DNA of 64,000 nucleotides. Source: Octopus bimaculoides (lineage: Eukaryota). Positions 25,145 through 38,160 of this stretch are shown in pieces. The stretch's first letter is position 1. The number at the start of each line of letters is the position of its first letter. The stretch is taken from assembly GCF_001194135.2 (NCBI RefSeq), contig NC_068988.1, positions 16,204,609-16,268,608 on the forward strand, read 5' to 3'. The position numbers were made by a program, and so were the translations under genes. The notes beneath the pieces were generated by a model. The model was not told the DNA's origin and ran no database searches. It saw nothing but the letters and a program-made list of their open reading frames with translations.

Positions 25145-26593
25145 NNNNNNNNNNNNNNNNNNNNNNNNNNNNNNNNNNNNNNNNNNNNNNNNNNNNNNNN
25201 NNNNNNNNNNNNNNNNNNNNNNNNNNNNNNNNNNNNNNNNNNNNNNNNNNNNNNNNNNNNNNNNNNNNNNNNNNNNNNNNNNNNNNNNNNNNNNNNNNNN
25301 NNNNNNNNNNNNNNNNNNNNNNNNNNNNNNNNNNNNNNNNNNNNNNNNNNNNNNNNNNNNNNNNNNNNNNNNNNNNNNNNNNNNNNNNNNNNNNNNNNNN
25401 NNNNNNNNNNNNNNNNNNNNNNNNNNNNNNNNNNNNNNNNNNNNNNNNNNNNNNNNNNNNNNNNNNNNNNNNNNNNNNNNNNNNNNNNNNNNNNNNNNNN
25501 NNNNNNNNNNNNNNNNNNNNNNNNNNNNNNNNNNNNNNNNNNNNNNNNNNNNNNNNNNNNNNNNNNNNNNNNNNNNNNNNNNNNNNNNNNNNNNNNNNNN
25601 NNNNNNNNNNNNNNNNNNNNNNNNNNNNNNNNNNNNNNNNNNNNNNNNNNNNNNNNNNNNNNNNNNNNNNNNNNNNNNNNNNNNNNNNNNNNNNNNNNNN
25701 NNNNNNNNNNNNNNNNNNNNNNNNNNNNNNNNNNNNNNNNNNNNNNNNNNNNNNNNNNNNNNNNNNNNNNNNNNNNNNNNNNNNNNNNNNNNNNNNNNNN
25801 NNNNNNNNNNNNNNNNNNNNNNNNNNNNNNNNNNNNNNNNNNNNNNNNNNNNNNNNNNNNNNNNNNNNNNNNNNNNNNNNNNNNNNNNNNNNNNNNNNNN
25901 NNNNNNNNNNNNNNNNNNNNNNNNNNNNNNNNNNNNNNNNNNNNNNNNNNNNNNNNNNNNNNNNNNNNNNNNNNNNNNNNNNNNNNNNNNNNATATATAT
26001 ATATATATACATATATATACATATATATCATATATAAAATTTGCACATATGTATATGCAAAAACATGAAGACACAGATCTAGATAGTACTCCAGAACACG
26101 TACGCACACGCATATATATACCCCCCACACAAAAAGAAACACATGCACACGCACACAGAAATGTATCGTATGGTATGCTTGCATGAGTGTATGTTTGTAT
26201 GTATTTTTATGTTTATTTAGTTTAAAAACTTTTACAAGTAAATATTAAACTTGCTTCATTTCAGATGATCAATTTATGTAACAAACTGATCAGAGACTTA
26301 ATTAATTTCGTACTAAATTAACTTTACCTAGTGTGATGTTTTATGGGTGGTTTTCTGTTCGTAACTGTTTATTTTAAAACTTACATTTATATATATATTT
26401 ATGTTTTAATATTATATTAACTCTCTCGTGTTACCCGCACAGTTTGTAATTAAAATGTATTGCATGTGTCTGAACGTTTGTAAAACAATATAGTCTCGTG
26501 TTTGCAATAATAGCTGTATGTATGATGCGTATGCATGTATGTATGTATATATGTATGTAAGTATGTATGTATGTATGTGTGTATGTATCTATC

Positions 26594-26644
<51 letters not shown>

Positions 26645-26869
26645 GCACACGAATGTATAAACGAATTGTGTGTGTATGTTTTGTGTGTATATGTTCTTGT
26701 GTGTCTGCATGCGTTTGTCATACCGTTTTGGTTTTCATGTTAGATTTATTGGTACAATTAATGTCACACAGTCCATACTTTAATTGTCTTTCTGACGGGG
26801 CCGAGTTATCCCTAAATGACTTATAATTAACTGCAAGCTTTTAGAAAACTTTTACTATTTTCATGTGCT

Positions 26870-28560
26870 TCATGCCTTAGTACTTTGAAGATTCACGTTA
26901 GATTAATGAAATTTGCTATTCCAAATTCTTAACTGCAGAAATATATTTTGAGATTTGAAGTTCTTATTGCTTTGTTTGAAGGGGTTAAGAGAAATTCTTT
27001 TGCTGTTTTATTGCAAGTTTTTTAGCGAATGTTTTCAGTTGCCAATAATTGGCAATGAATGTCATGATCGTTTTAGATGTTTAATTTTATGTCTTTTCTA
27101 ATTTTGAGTGTCCAAATGTATTTTGAAATGGATGTAGTGTTACACATTCTTCTGCCTAAATGAATCTGTCTAGTATACGACTTTAATTTAAATGTTTTTT
27201 TTCAATTACTCAGTGCAAGCTTTCATCAATAGTCTATCGATCCTATACCTTCACTGAATAGCAATTCTTCTCACTGCTATTTTCCATTTGAAGGACACTT
27301 ACACATTTTGGGGGTAGCTCAACTCCAATTATGTTGTTTACGTGATGTTTATAATGTTTTAGTTGCGATTAAATATATGTAATCCTATATTATTCCTGTA
27401 AGTGTAACTGGCCTTAACAGAATTTGTCTTAAAGACTTTATGAAAGTTCTAAAAAAGACATATTTGTGCTCAAAAGAAATAAACTAAGCAAACTTTGTTT
27501 AATTACATTATTAAGCAATAAGGAAAGTTACAAGTGAATATAACTTCATATAGGTTCCTATATTTATATAATTCTGCCTGCAAAGTGATTCACTTCTGTA
27601 ATGTAGAGTTTGGCAGCATTGTTATATATTTCCAACTTGTTTAGAATTTGGGTATATCCGTGATATGCTGTTTAAACCTGAGAGGATGGTTGGAGTCCCC
27701 AATAGTTTATATTTTTCCTCCTTGGATCTATTGTACCGGGTTTTACGTTTAATGTTGCATTTTGGAAAATATGTATATTCCGTTCGGTATTTATCGTTAA
27801 TTTAAAATGAAATGCACTAAAAATACTGATCGGTGTTTCCTTTTTAGTTTTTCCGAGTAATTTCTCTTCAGACTATAAGTTACGGCAAGTATGTTGTCTT
27901 TGAAAAATCCTGTTTCTACATTTCAGAGTATATACGTTGTAAAATCAAAGCAAACTCGAATTTTCTGTTCTATAGAAAAAAATTATTTACATATTTCATA
28001 AGAGGGATTCAGGAGGTTCTGTTATAAAACTACTAAGTTGGCCAATAAGGAAATATAAATTTTCGACAGGACCTAGAATAATTGTTTTGAAATTGTATCT
28101 GGTAGTACATACAAAGTTATGAATAATAGTGGTGAATATCTTTTAGACAGAAAAAAGTCAAAGGCTACCCATGGAACCGTTCGGCGTGTCTACCCAAAAG
28201 CGTTTTACGGCCCAATATTTATATGTTATCATTTATATCTGTATAAGTGCATGGATATACAATGCAGAAAGAGAAGAGATAATTAGGTCATTGCATTCAC
28301 TACAATATTGATATCCGTGTATATGAATAAATTGCATGCTCCATTACTCTTACTTATTAAGCTTTCGTGAGAAAACCATTAGAAATGGACGATTAGGATT
28401 CTGGAATATGGGACTCGATGATCTGCAGCTGAATATATCAGGGATATTGTTAATCTACATTGGAGTAGCGTTGTTGCATTTGTCTTGAGGAAAGAGTTTT
28501 TGCATCTGATGAATAGAGCTTGTTTACTTCTTATTAGATTGTTAAATCTAAACATTTGAT
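26870..28560 (-). mobile_element. Highly decayed Penelope-like element of a second lineage (RT plus GIY-YIG remnants)
   Basis: Minus-strand remnants appear in the expected order: MGS(F)D, GFFKDNILAV (YRDD-like), FQNATLNV, SNHP, CPSNGK, NTTSISKYIW and LATEK. Each match is weak. Confidence 0.5.
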
Positions 28561-28857
28561 TGACCATGGGATACGTTGGTGATCTTTGAAATTTACGTAA
28601 CATTTGTGGTATTAAACCTTTCCAAAGGATCTGATGGGTATTCTAATTAACCATTGATTATACCTAATATAGTTTAAAAGTAATCATTTGTAAATACACC
28701 CGTGTACCTCGTACAACTGTTATTTTTGTTTGCTACACGCATATATGAGCGGAATATCCCGCAGTAAAAGTTGTAAGAATAGTAAATGTATTGTTGTGAA
28801 TATTCAGTTCTCTCACTTCTCTCACACTCTCACTTTTCTCACTCTCTCTCTCACTCA

Positions 28858-28891
<34 letters not shown>

Positions 28892-28944
28892 ATATATGGT
28901 ATGGCACCCATATAATACATATGCTCTCACACGTTTTACATACA

Positions 28945-28981
<37 letters not shown>

Positions 28982-29248
28982 GTATGTGTGTGTATGTATG
29001 CATGTATGTATGTGTATGTGTGTGCTTTGCGTGTGTATATATATACATGTATATATATATGCATGTGTATATATGTACACATACATACACACACACACAC
29101 AGACATATATATATATACATACATATAAACACACACACACTCACACACACACATACATACACACATATATATAGACACATACATATATATGTTTCTGTGT
29201 GTATATATTACGTTCTAGAATTATTCACAATGAAGCTCTCTCTCTCTC

Positions 29249-29281
<33 letters not shown>

Positions 29282-29809
29282 AATATATATATATATATAC
29301 ACATCACTGGTTTCTGAATGATACTGCATAAAGAAAAGTCATCTAACCAAGCACCAATCTATACTTTCCACAACGGAAGTCGAAAGAAGTAATATGAAAT
29401 TATAAAAATAATAAGCAAACGAATAGAATGAACGTCAATTAAAATTATTTATGAGTCTTTCCTTGCCATTAATATTCCATTTGAGATTTGCTATAAATCA
29501 GCAAGATGGTAACACAATAAGAAGGCCAAGAGAGGCTAGTGTCGATAAGAAAATTGACACTTTACTCTAGGGTAAAAATTAAAAAAAAGAAAGGAAAGAA
29601 AGCTCTTTCTAATAAACAATATATAATATCGCAATAAACAATAAAGTGATTATTAAAACCAACTGAAATCTAGACATATGTCCATCGTTAAATCATCGGT
29701 CAGCGAAGATCTTATTTAATTTGTGCTTACTTATCTCTAATATGTTAAAATCGATTGTAAGCAAGCATTGCTTGGTAAATGAACTGAGAAAAATCACATT
29801 CCTACAGAT

Positions 29810-30047
29810 ATCCTCTAGTGATGGTCTTTCTACTGCTGCTGCTAGTGTTGTTCTTTCTACTAGTGATGCCCTTTCTACTGCTGCTGCTGCTCTTTCTGCT
29901 GCTGCTCTTTCTACTGCTGCTCTTTCTACTGCTGTTCCTCCTTCTACTGCTGCTGATCTTTCTACTGCTGCTGATCATTCTACTGCTGCTGCTCTTTCTA
30001 CTGCTGCTGCTCTTTCTACTGTTGCTGCTACTGCTGCAATTGCTCTA

Positions 30048-30093
<46 letters not shown>

Positions 30094-30105
30094 GCAATTG
30101 CTCTA

Positions 30106-30136
<31 letters not shown>

Positions 30137-30158
30137 GTTGCTGCTGCTGCTGCTGTTG

Positions 30159-30193
<35 letters not shown>

Positions 30194-30231
30194 GTTGCTG
30201 CTGCTGCTGCTGCTACCACTACTACTACTAC

Positions 30232-30285
<54 letters not shown>

Positions 30286-30350
30286 AGCTGCTACTGCAGC
30301 TGTTGATGATGATCATGCTGTTGCCGCCGTTGCTGCTGCTTTTTGGTGCT
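29810..30350. repeat. Compound trinucleotide satellite: (CTTTCTACTGCTGCT[GCT])n minisatellite, then (TAC)n/(TGC)n blocks
   Basis: Directly visible; includes higher-order duplicated blocks such as ctgcaattgctctatactac, present twice. Confidence 0.9.
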
Positions 30351-30819
30351 ATGACTATTGTCTGTGTTCCTATGCATCGGAAAGGAAAAGAAAAAAAAAG
30401 AAGACAACAACATAGCAATCAGGATAATGTGCTAAAAATGTCGAAGCGCTAGAAAAGTTGCAGATATATAAAAAGACCAACAGGAAAATAATCCTGACTG
30501 ATCGAGAGTGTAACCGTGAATTGGAGGAGGAAAACAGAATTTGTTGGTGGCTACTCAAGATAAAGCTTCAATCACTAGTGCTCTGAGCAATGGTATTTAT
30601 TCCTCCGCTAAAATAAATCAAATCTGTCTACGTAGTGAGCGAGTAGAAAATATTGGCAAGCGTGTAGTGAGGTACAAGATGTTATCTCATAAAGAATACA
30701 TATATTTGGTTACTGTTGTTACTCTTTATCCCCTATCAAACCCTGGCAAACCTCTCTATGACGAAAGAAATTCTAATCCTAATCCCCACTCCACATTATA
30801 TCAGACTAGGTGTTTGATA

Positions 30820-31050
30820 TTCTTTTATTTTGATTTTAATTGTTTCAGTGATTTGACTGCAGCCATGCGGGTTCTCCTCCCATGAAGGGTTATAATCGAA
30901 AAATTGTCCTTAGGACTTTTTTTTTAAGCCTAGGACTTATTCTATCGGTCTCTTTTGTCGAAGTTGTAGGGATGTCAACACATCAACACTCGTAGTCAAA
31001 TGGTGATAGAGGGTGAAACACAGACAAAAAGACAGGCAGAGAGACACAAA

Positions 31051-31110
<60 letters not shown>

Positions 31111-31283
31111 CACACACACATAAAAGACAGGCTTCTTTCAGCTTCTGTCTACTATATCTACTCACAAAGTTTTGGCCGGTCCGGAGGCTATAGTAGAAAA
31201 CACTTCCCAAGATGCCAAGCAATGGGACTGAACCTGGAACCATGTCTTCGGGAAGCAAACTACAGACCATGCAACCACGATCC
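30820..31283 (-). mobile_element. SINE family A, diverged full-length
   Basis: Reverse-complement homology to 33122-33518, with an expanded internal (CA)n. Confidence 0.8.
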
Positions 31284-31922
31284 TTGTATTTTCAACGACT
31301 GTAGATCGTTATTTCAGAAAGCTAATGTACGTGTGATTTTAAGGTGCTATTTCTTGCAGTATGTGCTTCCATGAATAGGCGCCCTCGTTTGTGCTTAACT
31401 TAATTTCCTTTAGCCTATTAAAAATCCATTCGCGAGAGAACGCCATTGTCCTTATCTATTCGGGATTGTTACAGTATTTGGTGATAATATTCCAGAGTCT
31501 TTTCAGTCATTGATCCCTTATGTGTATTCAAAAATGATTGTTCTATTTCGATTATTCTTTCACGGTCAACAAAATCAGAAAATCGATTTTCATTCCCACA
31601 AGAGAATAAGCTTTACTTTATTCCAAAACTGGAGAGTCATAAATGTCACGAATAGCCTTTCATTCATTCACAAGAGTATGATGTGATACTTATTTAGAAA
31701 GAAAATCTTTATTCTTATGCTTATAAAAGAGATGGTAACAGAACTGGTCGGGGACTGGAGAAAATAGTTTGTGCGTGTGTTTGATACAATTGACGACACT
31801 CTGATTTCAATAATAGCTGAGGTGAGTTTGTTGTTGATCCATATCTGGTCGACAAAATAAGAATGCATCATTTCACTATTTTAGATCTATTATTTCTTTT
31901 AAATATCATTATTGGTTTTAAA

Positions 31923-32120
31923 TTTTGACACAAGGTCAGCAATTTCAGAGAAGAGGGTAAGTCAATTGCATCGACCCTAGTACTGGACTGGTACTTATTT
32001 TATCGGCCCCGAAAGGAGGACAAGAAAGTTAACCTCGGTGGAAATTGAACTCAGAATGTGAAAGCAGACGAAAGGCCGATAAGCATTTTGTTTGACATAC
32101 AGAAGATTCGCTGCCTTGCT
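31923..32120 (-). mobile_element. SINE family E
   Basis: Reverse-complement homology to 10300-10480. Confidence 0.7.
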
Positions 32121-32214
32121 TATATATTAATGTTGTGGTCTTCAAAGGCTGTTACAAATCATTATTCTAGGGTGGCATCTCTGTCAGTGAGTTGCAGTAT
32201 TTAGCTACGTATCT

Positions 32215-32308
32215 TCTCATTTTGAGTTCAAATCTCATTTTGAGTTCAAATCTCATTTTGAGTTAAAATCTCATTTTGAGTTAAAATCTCATTTTGAATT
32301 TCAAATCC
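32215..32308 (+). repeat. 18-bp tandem repeat (~5 units, TTTTGAGTT[C/A]AAATCTCA) inside a family-E SINE remnant
   Basis: Directly visible; the unit contains the SINE B-box-like gagttcaaatc. Confidence 0.8.
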
Positions 32309-33121
32309 AATTTGCCTTTCATTCTTGCAGGTTGCATACAACAAAGTACAAGTCATACAACTGGGTTGATCTATCAGACTCTTTCTTCACTCCAGAATTT
32401 CCGGCTTCGGTTCCATGTAAAAAAAACATAGTTGATTTTATTATTACTATTATAGAATTTGCTGTTGGTCAGAGGACACGTTCATATCATTTGAATTGCC
32501 TTCATCTTTTCCTATTAAAGCAATTTATTCGACAACATCCGCACCATGGATTATCTCGGTAGTGTTTCATGCAATTAGTGTTCCTCACGATCGAATTGTT
32601 TCAATAAAAAAAGTCTATTATAATGCAGTAGAGAAATGCAAACCTGGCACACACATAACTAACAGCAGTTTTAATAGAAAACACCAATTCTCTTGTCAAT
32701 GTGTATGAAAAATGAAAAATTTTACACCAACATAAACACAGGCGCATGCATACTCACACGCGCACACATCTCCCTCTTTTTCTGCACCCCCCACACACGC
32801 GCGCACACACACACATACACACAAACACACATGATTATGAATTTATGCGTATATTATGTATTTGTATCTATTTCTATGTGCGTGTCTCTCAACATATATC
32901 TGTAGATATGGATATCTATATTTGCTTTCACAAACAGGAGAAACTGAACTAAAATCTTAAATCAAAACAAATAATTTTTATGGCTGAGTATTTCACAAAC
33001 AGTTTGTCACGTGTTTTGAGCGTTGTGTGACGTAACGTTTCAAAATGATCAACAAGAAGACAGTAGTTGTCTGAGTAACATCTTAAGTAATTTTAGCTAT
33101 GATATATATTCATATACAGTA

Positions 33122-33518
33122 GGCGCAGGAGTGGCTGTGTGGTAAGTAGCTTGCTTACCAACCACATGGTTCCGGGTTCAGTCCCACTGCGTGGCATCTT
33201 GGGCAAGTGTCTTCTACTATAGCCTCGGGCCGACCAAAGCCTTGTGAGTGGATTTGGTAGACAGAAACTGAAAGAAGCCCGTCGTATATATGTATGTGTG
33301 TGTGTGTGTTTGTGTGTCTGTGTTTGTCCCCCCAACATCGCTTGACAACCGATGCTGGTGTGTTTATGTCCCCGTAACTTAGCGGTTCGGCAAAAGAGAC
33401 CGATAGAATAAGTACTAGGCTTCTAAAGAATAAGTCCTGGGGTCGATTTGCTCGACTAAAAGTGGTGCTCCAGCATGGCCACAGTCAAAAGACTGAAACA
33501 AGTAAAAGAGTAAAAGAG
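33122..33518 (+). mobile_element. SINE family A, near-intact reference copy
   Basis: tRNA-like head ggcgcaggagtggctgtgtggtaag...gggttcagtccc, internal (TA)/(TG)n, and 3' tail gactgaaacaagtaaaagagtaaaagag; many homologues in the window. Confidence 0.9.
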
Positions 33519-33917
33519 TATCATATTTCAACAATAGATTTGACACCACCTTTCTATTGACAATAATAAATACCTCATGGTTGGAGATTCTGAACTCCTT
33601 TAAAATTCATCAAAGAGCAATCATCAGTTGGTCTGTTTTAACTGAAAGCATCTTGAGTCTAGCTTAGTATTAGCGAAATACCTTTAAGGAAAGAATTTCT
33701 AGGCTAGAGATAAGGCCGGAATTCCTCTGTAGTTACACAGCAGTGGGTGATCGTCATTCTTTGGAAGTGGCATAAAGAAAGCATTTATGTATGCATGCAT
33801 ACATGCGTATGACTATATATATACATGGAATACGTGTTGCATAGAGGTTGCCCTGATGCTCTATGAACGGTTATCACTGGACCCGTTAAGTCCCACCTAT
33901 CTATCTATCAATCGCTC

Positions 33918-33963
<46 letters not shown>

Positions 33964-35020
33964 CAGCTGTCCCATATTCTCTTATACACACACACACATA
34001 TATATATATATAAATGTGTGTGTGTGTGTGTGTGTGTGAGTCTGTGTGTATTATAGAACGTTACATTCCTTAGAATTTTCAGTAACGTTTCACTGTGTTT
34101 GGTTTAATGTTCCTTGGCGCCGAAATCGAAGGCCTTTTATCATTAACAATAATTTTATCGCATCACTCAGACTTTTCACAGTCGAATTAACATACAGCGA
34201 ATGCATTTTTTCCGTGAATTTAATAGAATAAAACCATCTTTATCAATTTATTCGGCATTTTATCTCTGCCTGAATTCGCATTTTCTACAAGTGTTTGTGT
34301 GAATGGGCACGTAACATGAAAATGTGTTTGCATGTGTACGTGTGTAACATAGATGTGCATATTTTTGTATGAGTATGTATGCTTGTGTCACGTGTATGTA
34401 GTATACATGTGTGTGTGTGTGTATAACGTACACACGCATGTGTAGCTTACATTTGAGTGTGTTTAGGAACACAGTGGTACGTGTGTGTGTGTAGCGATTT
34501 GTATGTATGATAACGTATTCGTTCATGCGTACGTCTGCGTGCGCATGCGTGTATGTGAAATTGTTACAACGTCACGTCTCAGATCTGTGAAGGGCAGAAT
34601 AACATATACACACATTATACCCTCGCCCAAGCATGTATATATATGTCTCTTTCTCTCTCTCACTCCTTCTTTCTCTTTCTCTTTCTTTCTCTTATTTTCC
34701 CCATTCTCTGTATATATATATAAGCACTCACGTATTTACACAAACACTCATATGCACTCGCGCGCACACACATTTCTAAATATGCATATATATATAAATA
34801 TAAGTAAACATGTATGCATACATATATATATNNNNNNNNNNNNNNNNNNNNNNNNNNNNNNNNNNNNNNNNNNNNNNNNNNNNNNNNNNNNNNNNNNNNN
34901 NNNNNNNNNNNNNNNNNNNNNCCCTCGCCCAAGCATGTATATATATGTCTCTTTCTCTCTCTCACTCCTTCTTTCTCTTTCTTTCTCTTATTTTCCCCAT
35001 TCTCTGTATATATATATACT

Positions 35021-35226
35021 CTCTTGCTCTTTTACTTGTTTCAGTCATTTGACTGCGGCCATGCTGGAGCACCGCCTTTGTAGTCGAGAAATTCGACCCC
35101 AGGACTTATTCTTTGTAAGCCTAGTACTTATTCTATCGGTTTCTTTTTGCCGAACCGCTAAGTTACGGGGACGTAAACACACCAGCATCGGTTGTCAAGC
35201 AATGCTAGGGGAACAAAGACAGACAC
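35021..35226 (-). mobile_element. SINE family A, 3' half
   Basis: Close reverse-complement match to 33320-33518. Confidence 0.9.
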
Positions 35227-35307
35227 GATCGTAGAAGGATTAATTTGACAATTTATAGAAAGGACAGTATATATTATTATTTTTAATTTTTAATATTTCT
35301 AATGTTT

Positions 35308-35338
<31 letters not shown>

Positions 35339-35385
35339 CTAATGGTTCTTAATGCATCTCTGAANNNNNNNNNNTTCTAATGTTT

Positions 35386-35416
<31 letters not shown>

Positions 35417-35914
35417 CTAATGGTTCTTAATGCATCTCTGAAGAGCGGAATTACTGATAATAAGATGATCTTTAGATCACTTTGTAATTGTAGCAATATC
35501 CGCGAAACGATCGTAAGATATTTAATTCTTTAAATTTTAGGTTCCTTTATATTTTATATTTTAGACTTTACAATATTCATGCTTATGTATACATAAATTT
35601 TTATACGCATACATATTTAAACATATATTTATCTATTTTCAGATTTTTATATATATTGATATGTATATTTCGTATATTTATGTTTTAAATTTTTAAATTT
35701 TAAATTTATTATGTTGCCGTGTCATGTTGGATGTATGTCTTTCAAAATATTAAATATTGATTTCCTGAGTATATTATTGATGGGTTTATGAATTTATTAA
35801 TAATATAAAATCACATATATACACATTTATTTGCTCAAGATAATTGAGCACTCAACATAAGTTCAGTTATATATTCTTTTAGAATATTTCTTTTAGAATA
35901 TTACTTATAAAAGT

Positions 35915-35966
<52 letters not shown>

Positions 35967-36159
35967 CATACTTCGCTTTTCGTAAGCTGCTGATGGAGGC
36001 TGCGTATTTTCACATATTGAATAGTAAAGCCTTGCGTCAGCATCTTATCAAAGATGTATCTCAAACATGACCACTAACACCGACATGAAAGCCGGTGATT
36101 ATATGCATTATGTTCATGACTTGAAGTACTGTGATATTTTTTGTTATATTTTTCATATT

Positions 36160-36329
36160 GGGCGCAGTATATGTGTGTGGTTAAGAAGCTCAATTTGCAA
36201 CCACGGCCTTCAGGGTTCAGTCCGAAGGCAGGCTGTCTGGGGAAAGTGTTTTCTATTGCAGTCCGAGGCTAGCCAATGACTTGTGAGCAGATACAATACG
36301 CGGAGACTGTACGGAAATCTGTTGTATAT

Positions 36330-36330
<1 letters not shown>
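36160..36330 (+). mobile_element. Diverged SINE family A-related 5' half
   Basis: gggcgcag...gtgtgtggttaagaagc...gggttcagtcc...cttgtgag followed by (CA)n. Confidence 0.55.
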
Positions 36331-36369
<39 letters not shown>

Positions 36370-36464
36370 ACACACACACACACACAGACACACACACACA
36401 CACACNNNNNNNNNNNNNNNNNNNNNNNNNNNNNNNNNNNNNNNNNNNNNNNNNNNNNNNNNNN

Positions 36465-36533
<69 letters not shown>

Positions 36534-36665
36534 CCGAGCTTCGTCACAGTTTCCGTCTACTAAATTCTTGAAATGACATCTTCTTTGGGCCTTTGTATGA
36601 TCGTGTAAATACATATGTATATTCATATTTATGTACATGTATACATACAGCGGCAAATATTTATA

Positions 36666-36810
36666 GGCGCGTGGCCTACTGGTTAGGGCGTTAGGCTCCC
36701 GATCATAAATAAAGTCGTAGGTTCGATTCATATATCTGGTGACGATATGTACCCTTCAGCACTGGGCATCGTTTCACTTTGTTCCAGTCTACCCAGCTGA
36801 AGCATGTACC
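36666..36810 (+). mobile_element. Diverged tRNA-derived SINE head with a CORE-like remnant
   Basis: ggcgcgtggcctactggttagggcg (A box), ggttcgattc (B box) and tttcactttgttccagtctacccagctg. Confidence 0.55.
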
Positions 36811-37763
36811 AGCCGGTTGTTTCTGCAGCTGTTTCTCCCTACACCTGTCATACTATCATACTTCCGATGTTCAGCTGGTTGATACACACGTACACACGCA
36901 CACACGCAGAAAATTCCCTTTGGTACAATGGTAGAACACCCGTCATGCCTACGCGTGTGAGTTCGAATCCTGTGGGCTAGCTTCGTCTTTTTGTATCCAA
37001 GAGCGTTTTTCAACCCAGTATTTGCATGCTATTTTTCATACTTTTATAACTGAGCTTCTAGATAATCCTAAAAACGAATTTGTTAGGTTTTTCGGAAATT
37101 TGTAATATTCTCATGACGACAAGAGAAGAAAAAATAATTATACAGTGCTCGCAGGTAAGAATAAACTTACTAATATGGATACAGAAATACGAACAATTGC
37201 TTGGGTTCACTGGTTGAACACCTGTCATAGGCATACATGTTTGTTCGGGTCTCACAGTCAATTTTTGAAATTTTTTTATACAAAAGGATTTGTCGACCCA
37301 ATACTTACATGCTTATTATATATATATATATATATNNNNNNNNNNNNNNNNNNNNNNNNNNNNNNNNNNNNNNNNNNNNNNNNNNNNNNNNNNNNNNNNN
37401 NNNNNNNNNNNNNNNNNNNNNNNNNNNNNNNNNNNNNNNNNNNNNNNNNNNNNNNNNNNNNNNNNNNNNNNNNNNNNNNNNNNNNNNNNNNNNNNNNNNN
37501 NNNNNNNNNNNNNNNNNNNNNNNNNNNNNNNNNNNNNNNNNNNNNNNNNNNNNNNNNNNNNNNNNNNNNNNNNNNNNNNNNNNNNNNNNNNNNNNNNNNN
37601 NNNNNNNNNNNNNNNNNNNNNNNNNNNNNNNNNNNNNNNNNNNNNNNNNNNNNNNNNNNNNNNNNNNNNNNNNNNNNNNNNNNNNNNNNNNNNNNNNNNN
37701 NNNNNNNNNNNNNNNNNNNNNNNNNNNNNNNNNNNNNNNNNNNNNNNNATATATATATATATA

Positions 37764-38160
37764 GGCGCAGGCGTGGCTTTGTAATAAGAGCTTGCCTTCC
37801 AGTCATATGATTCCGGGTCCAATTCCACTCCGTGGCATTTTGGGCAAGTGTCTTCCTATAGCTTCGGGTCAATAGATTTGGTAGACGGAAAATGAAAGAA
37901 GACCGTCGTATGTTTAGATTTATATGTCTATGTGTGCATGTGTGTCTTTGTATCTGTGTTTGTCCCCACCACCATCACTTGACAACCAGCGTTGGTGTGC
38001 TTACGTCCACGCAACATAGCGGTTCTGCAAAAAAAATCGATAAAACAAGTACTGGGTTTAAAAAATAAGTCCTGAGGTCGATTTGTTCGATAAAAGCTTT
38101 CAAGGTTGTGCTCCAGCATGACCGTTGTCAAATGACCTAAACAAGTAAAATAATAGAAGA
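37764..38160 (+). mobile_element. SINE family A, diverged full-length
   Basis: Collinear homology to 33122-33518. Confidence 0.85.

Noticed and set aside
26712-26745. Possible hammerhead remnant (TGAAAA..AAAACGGTATGAC, minus strand) downstream of the old PLE
   Set aside because: It shares the GGTATGAC end with the 20504 motif, but the core and stems are too degraded to support a call.
28733-29331. YI/CV/HT-repeat ORFs here and throughout (e.g. 21818-22268, 57287-57801)
   Set aside because: Translations of dinucleotide and tetranucleotide microsatellites.
34620-35018. ~100-bp duplication across a gap, initially suspected to be a SINE presence/absence polymorphism
   Set aside because: Sequence after the SINE does not resume the first copy's flank; probably a contig-end overlap.
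35296-35441. 67-bp direct repeat around a 10-N gap
   Set aside because: Typical scaffolding overlap artefact.
36919-36985. tRNA-like A/B boxes here and at about 40940-41010 (minus strand)
   Set aside because: The cloverleafs are defective (poor stems, non-canonical anticodon loop); probably decayed SINE heads rather than tRNA genes.
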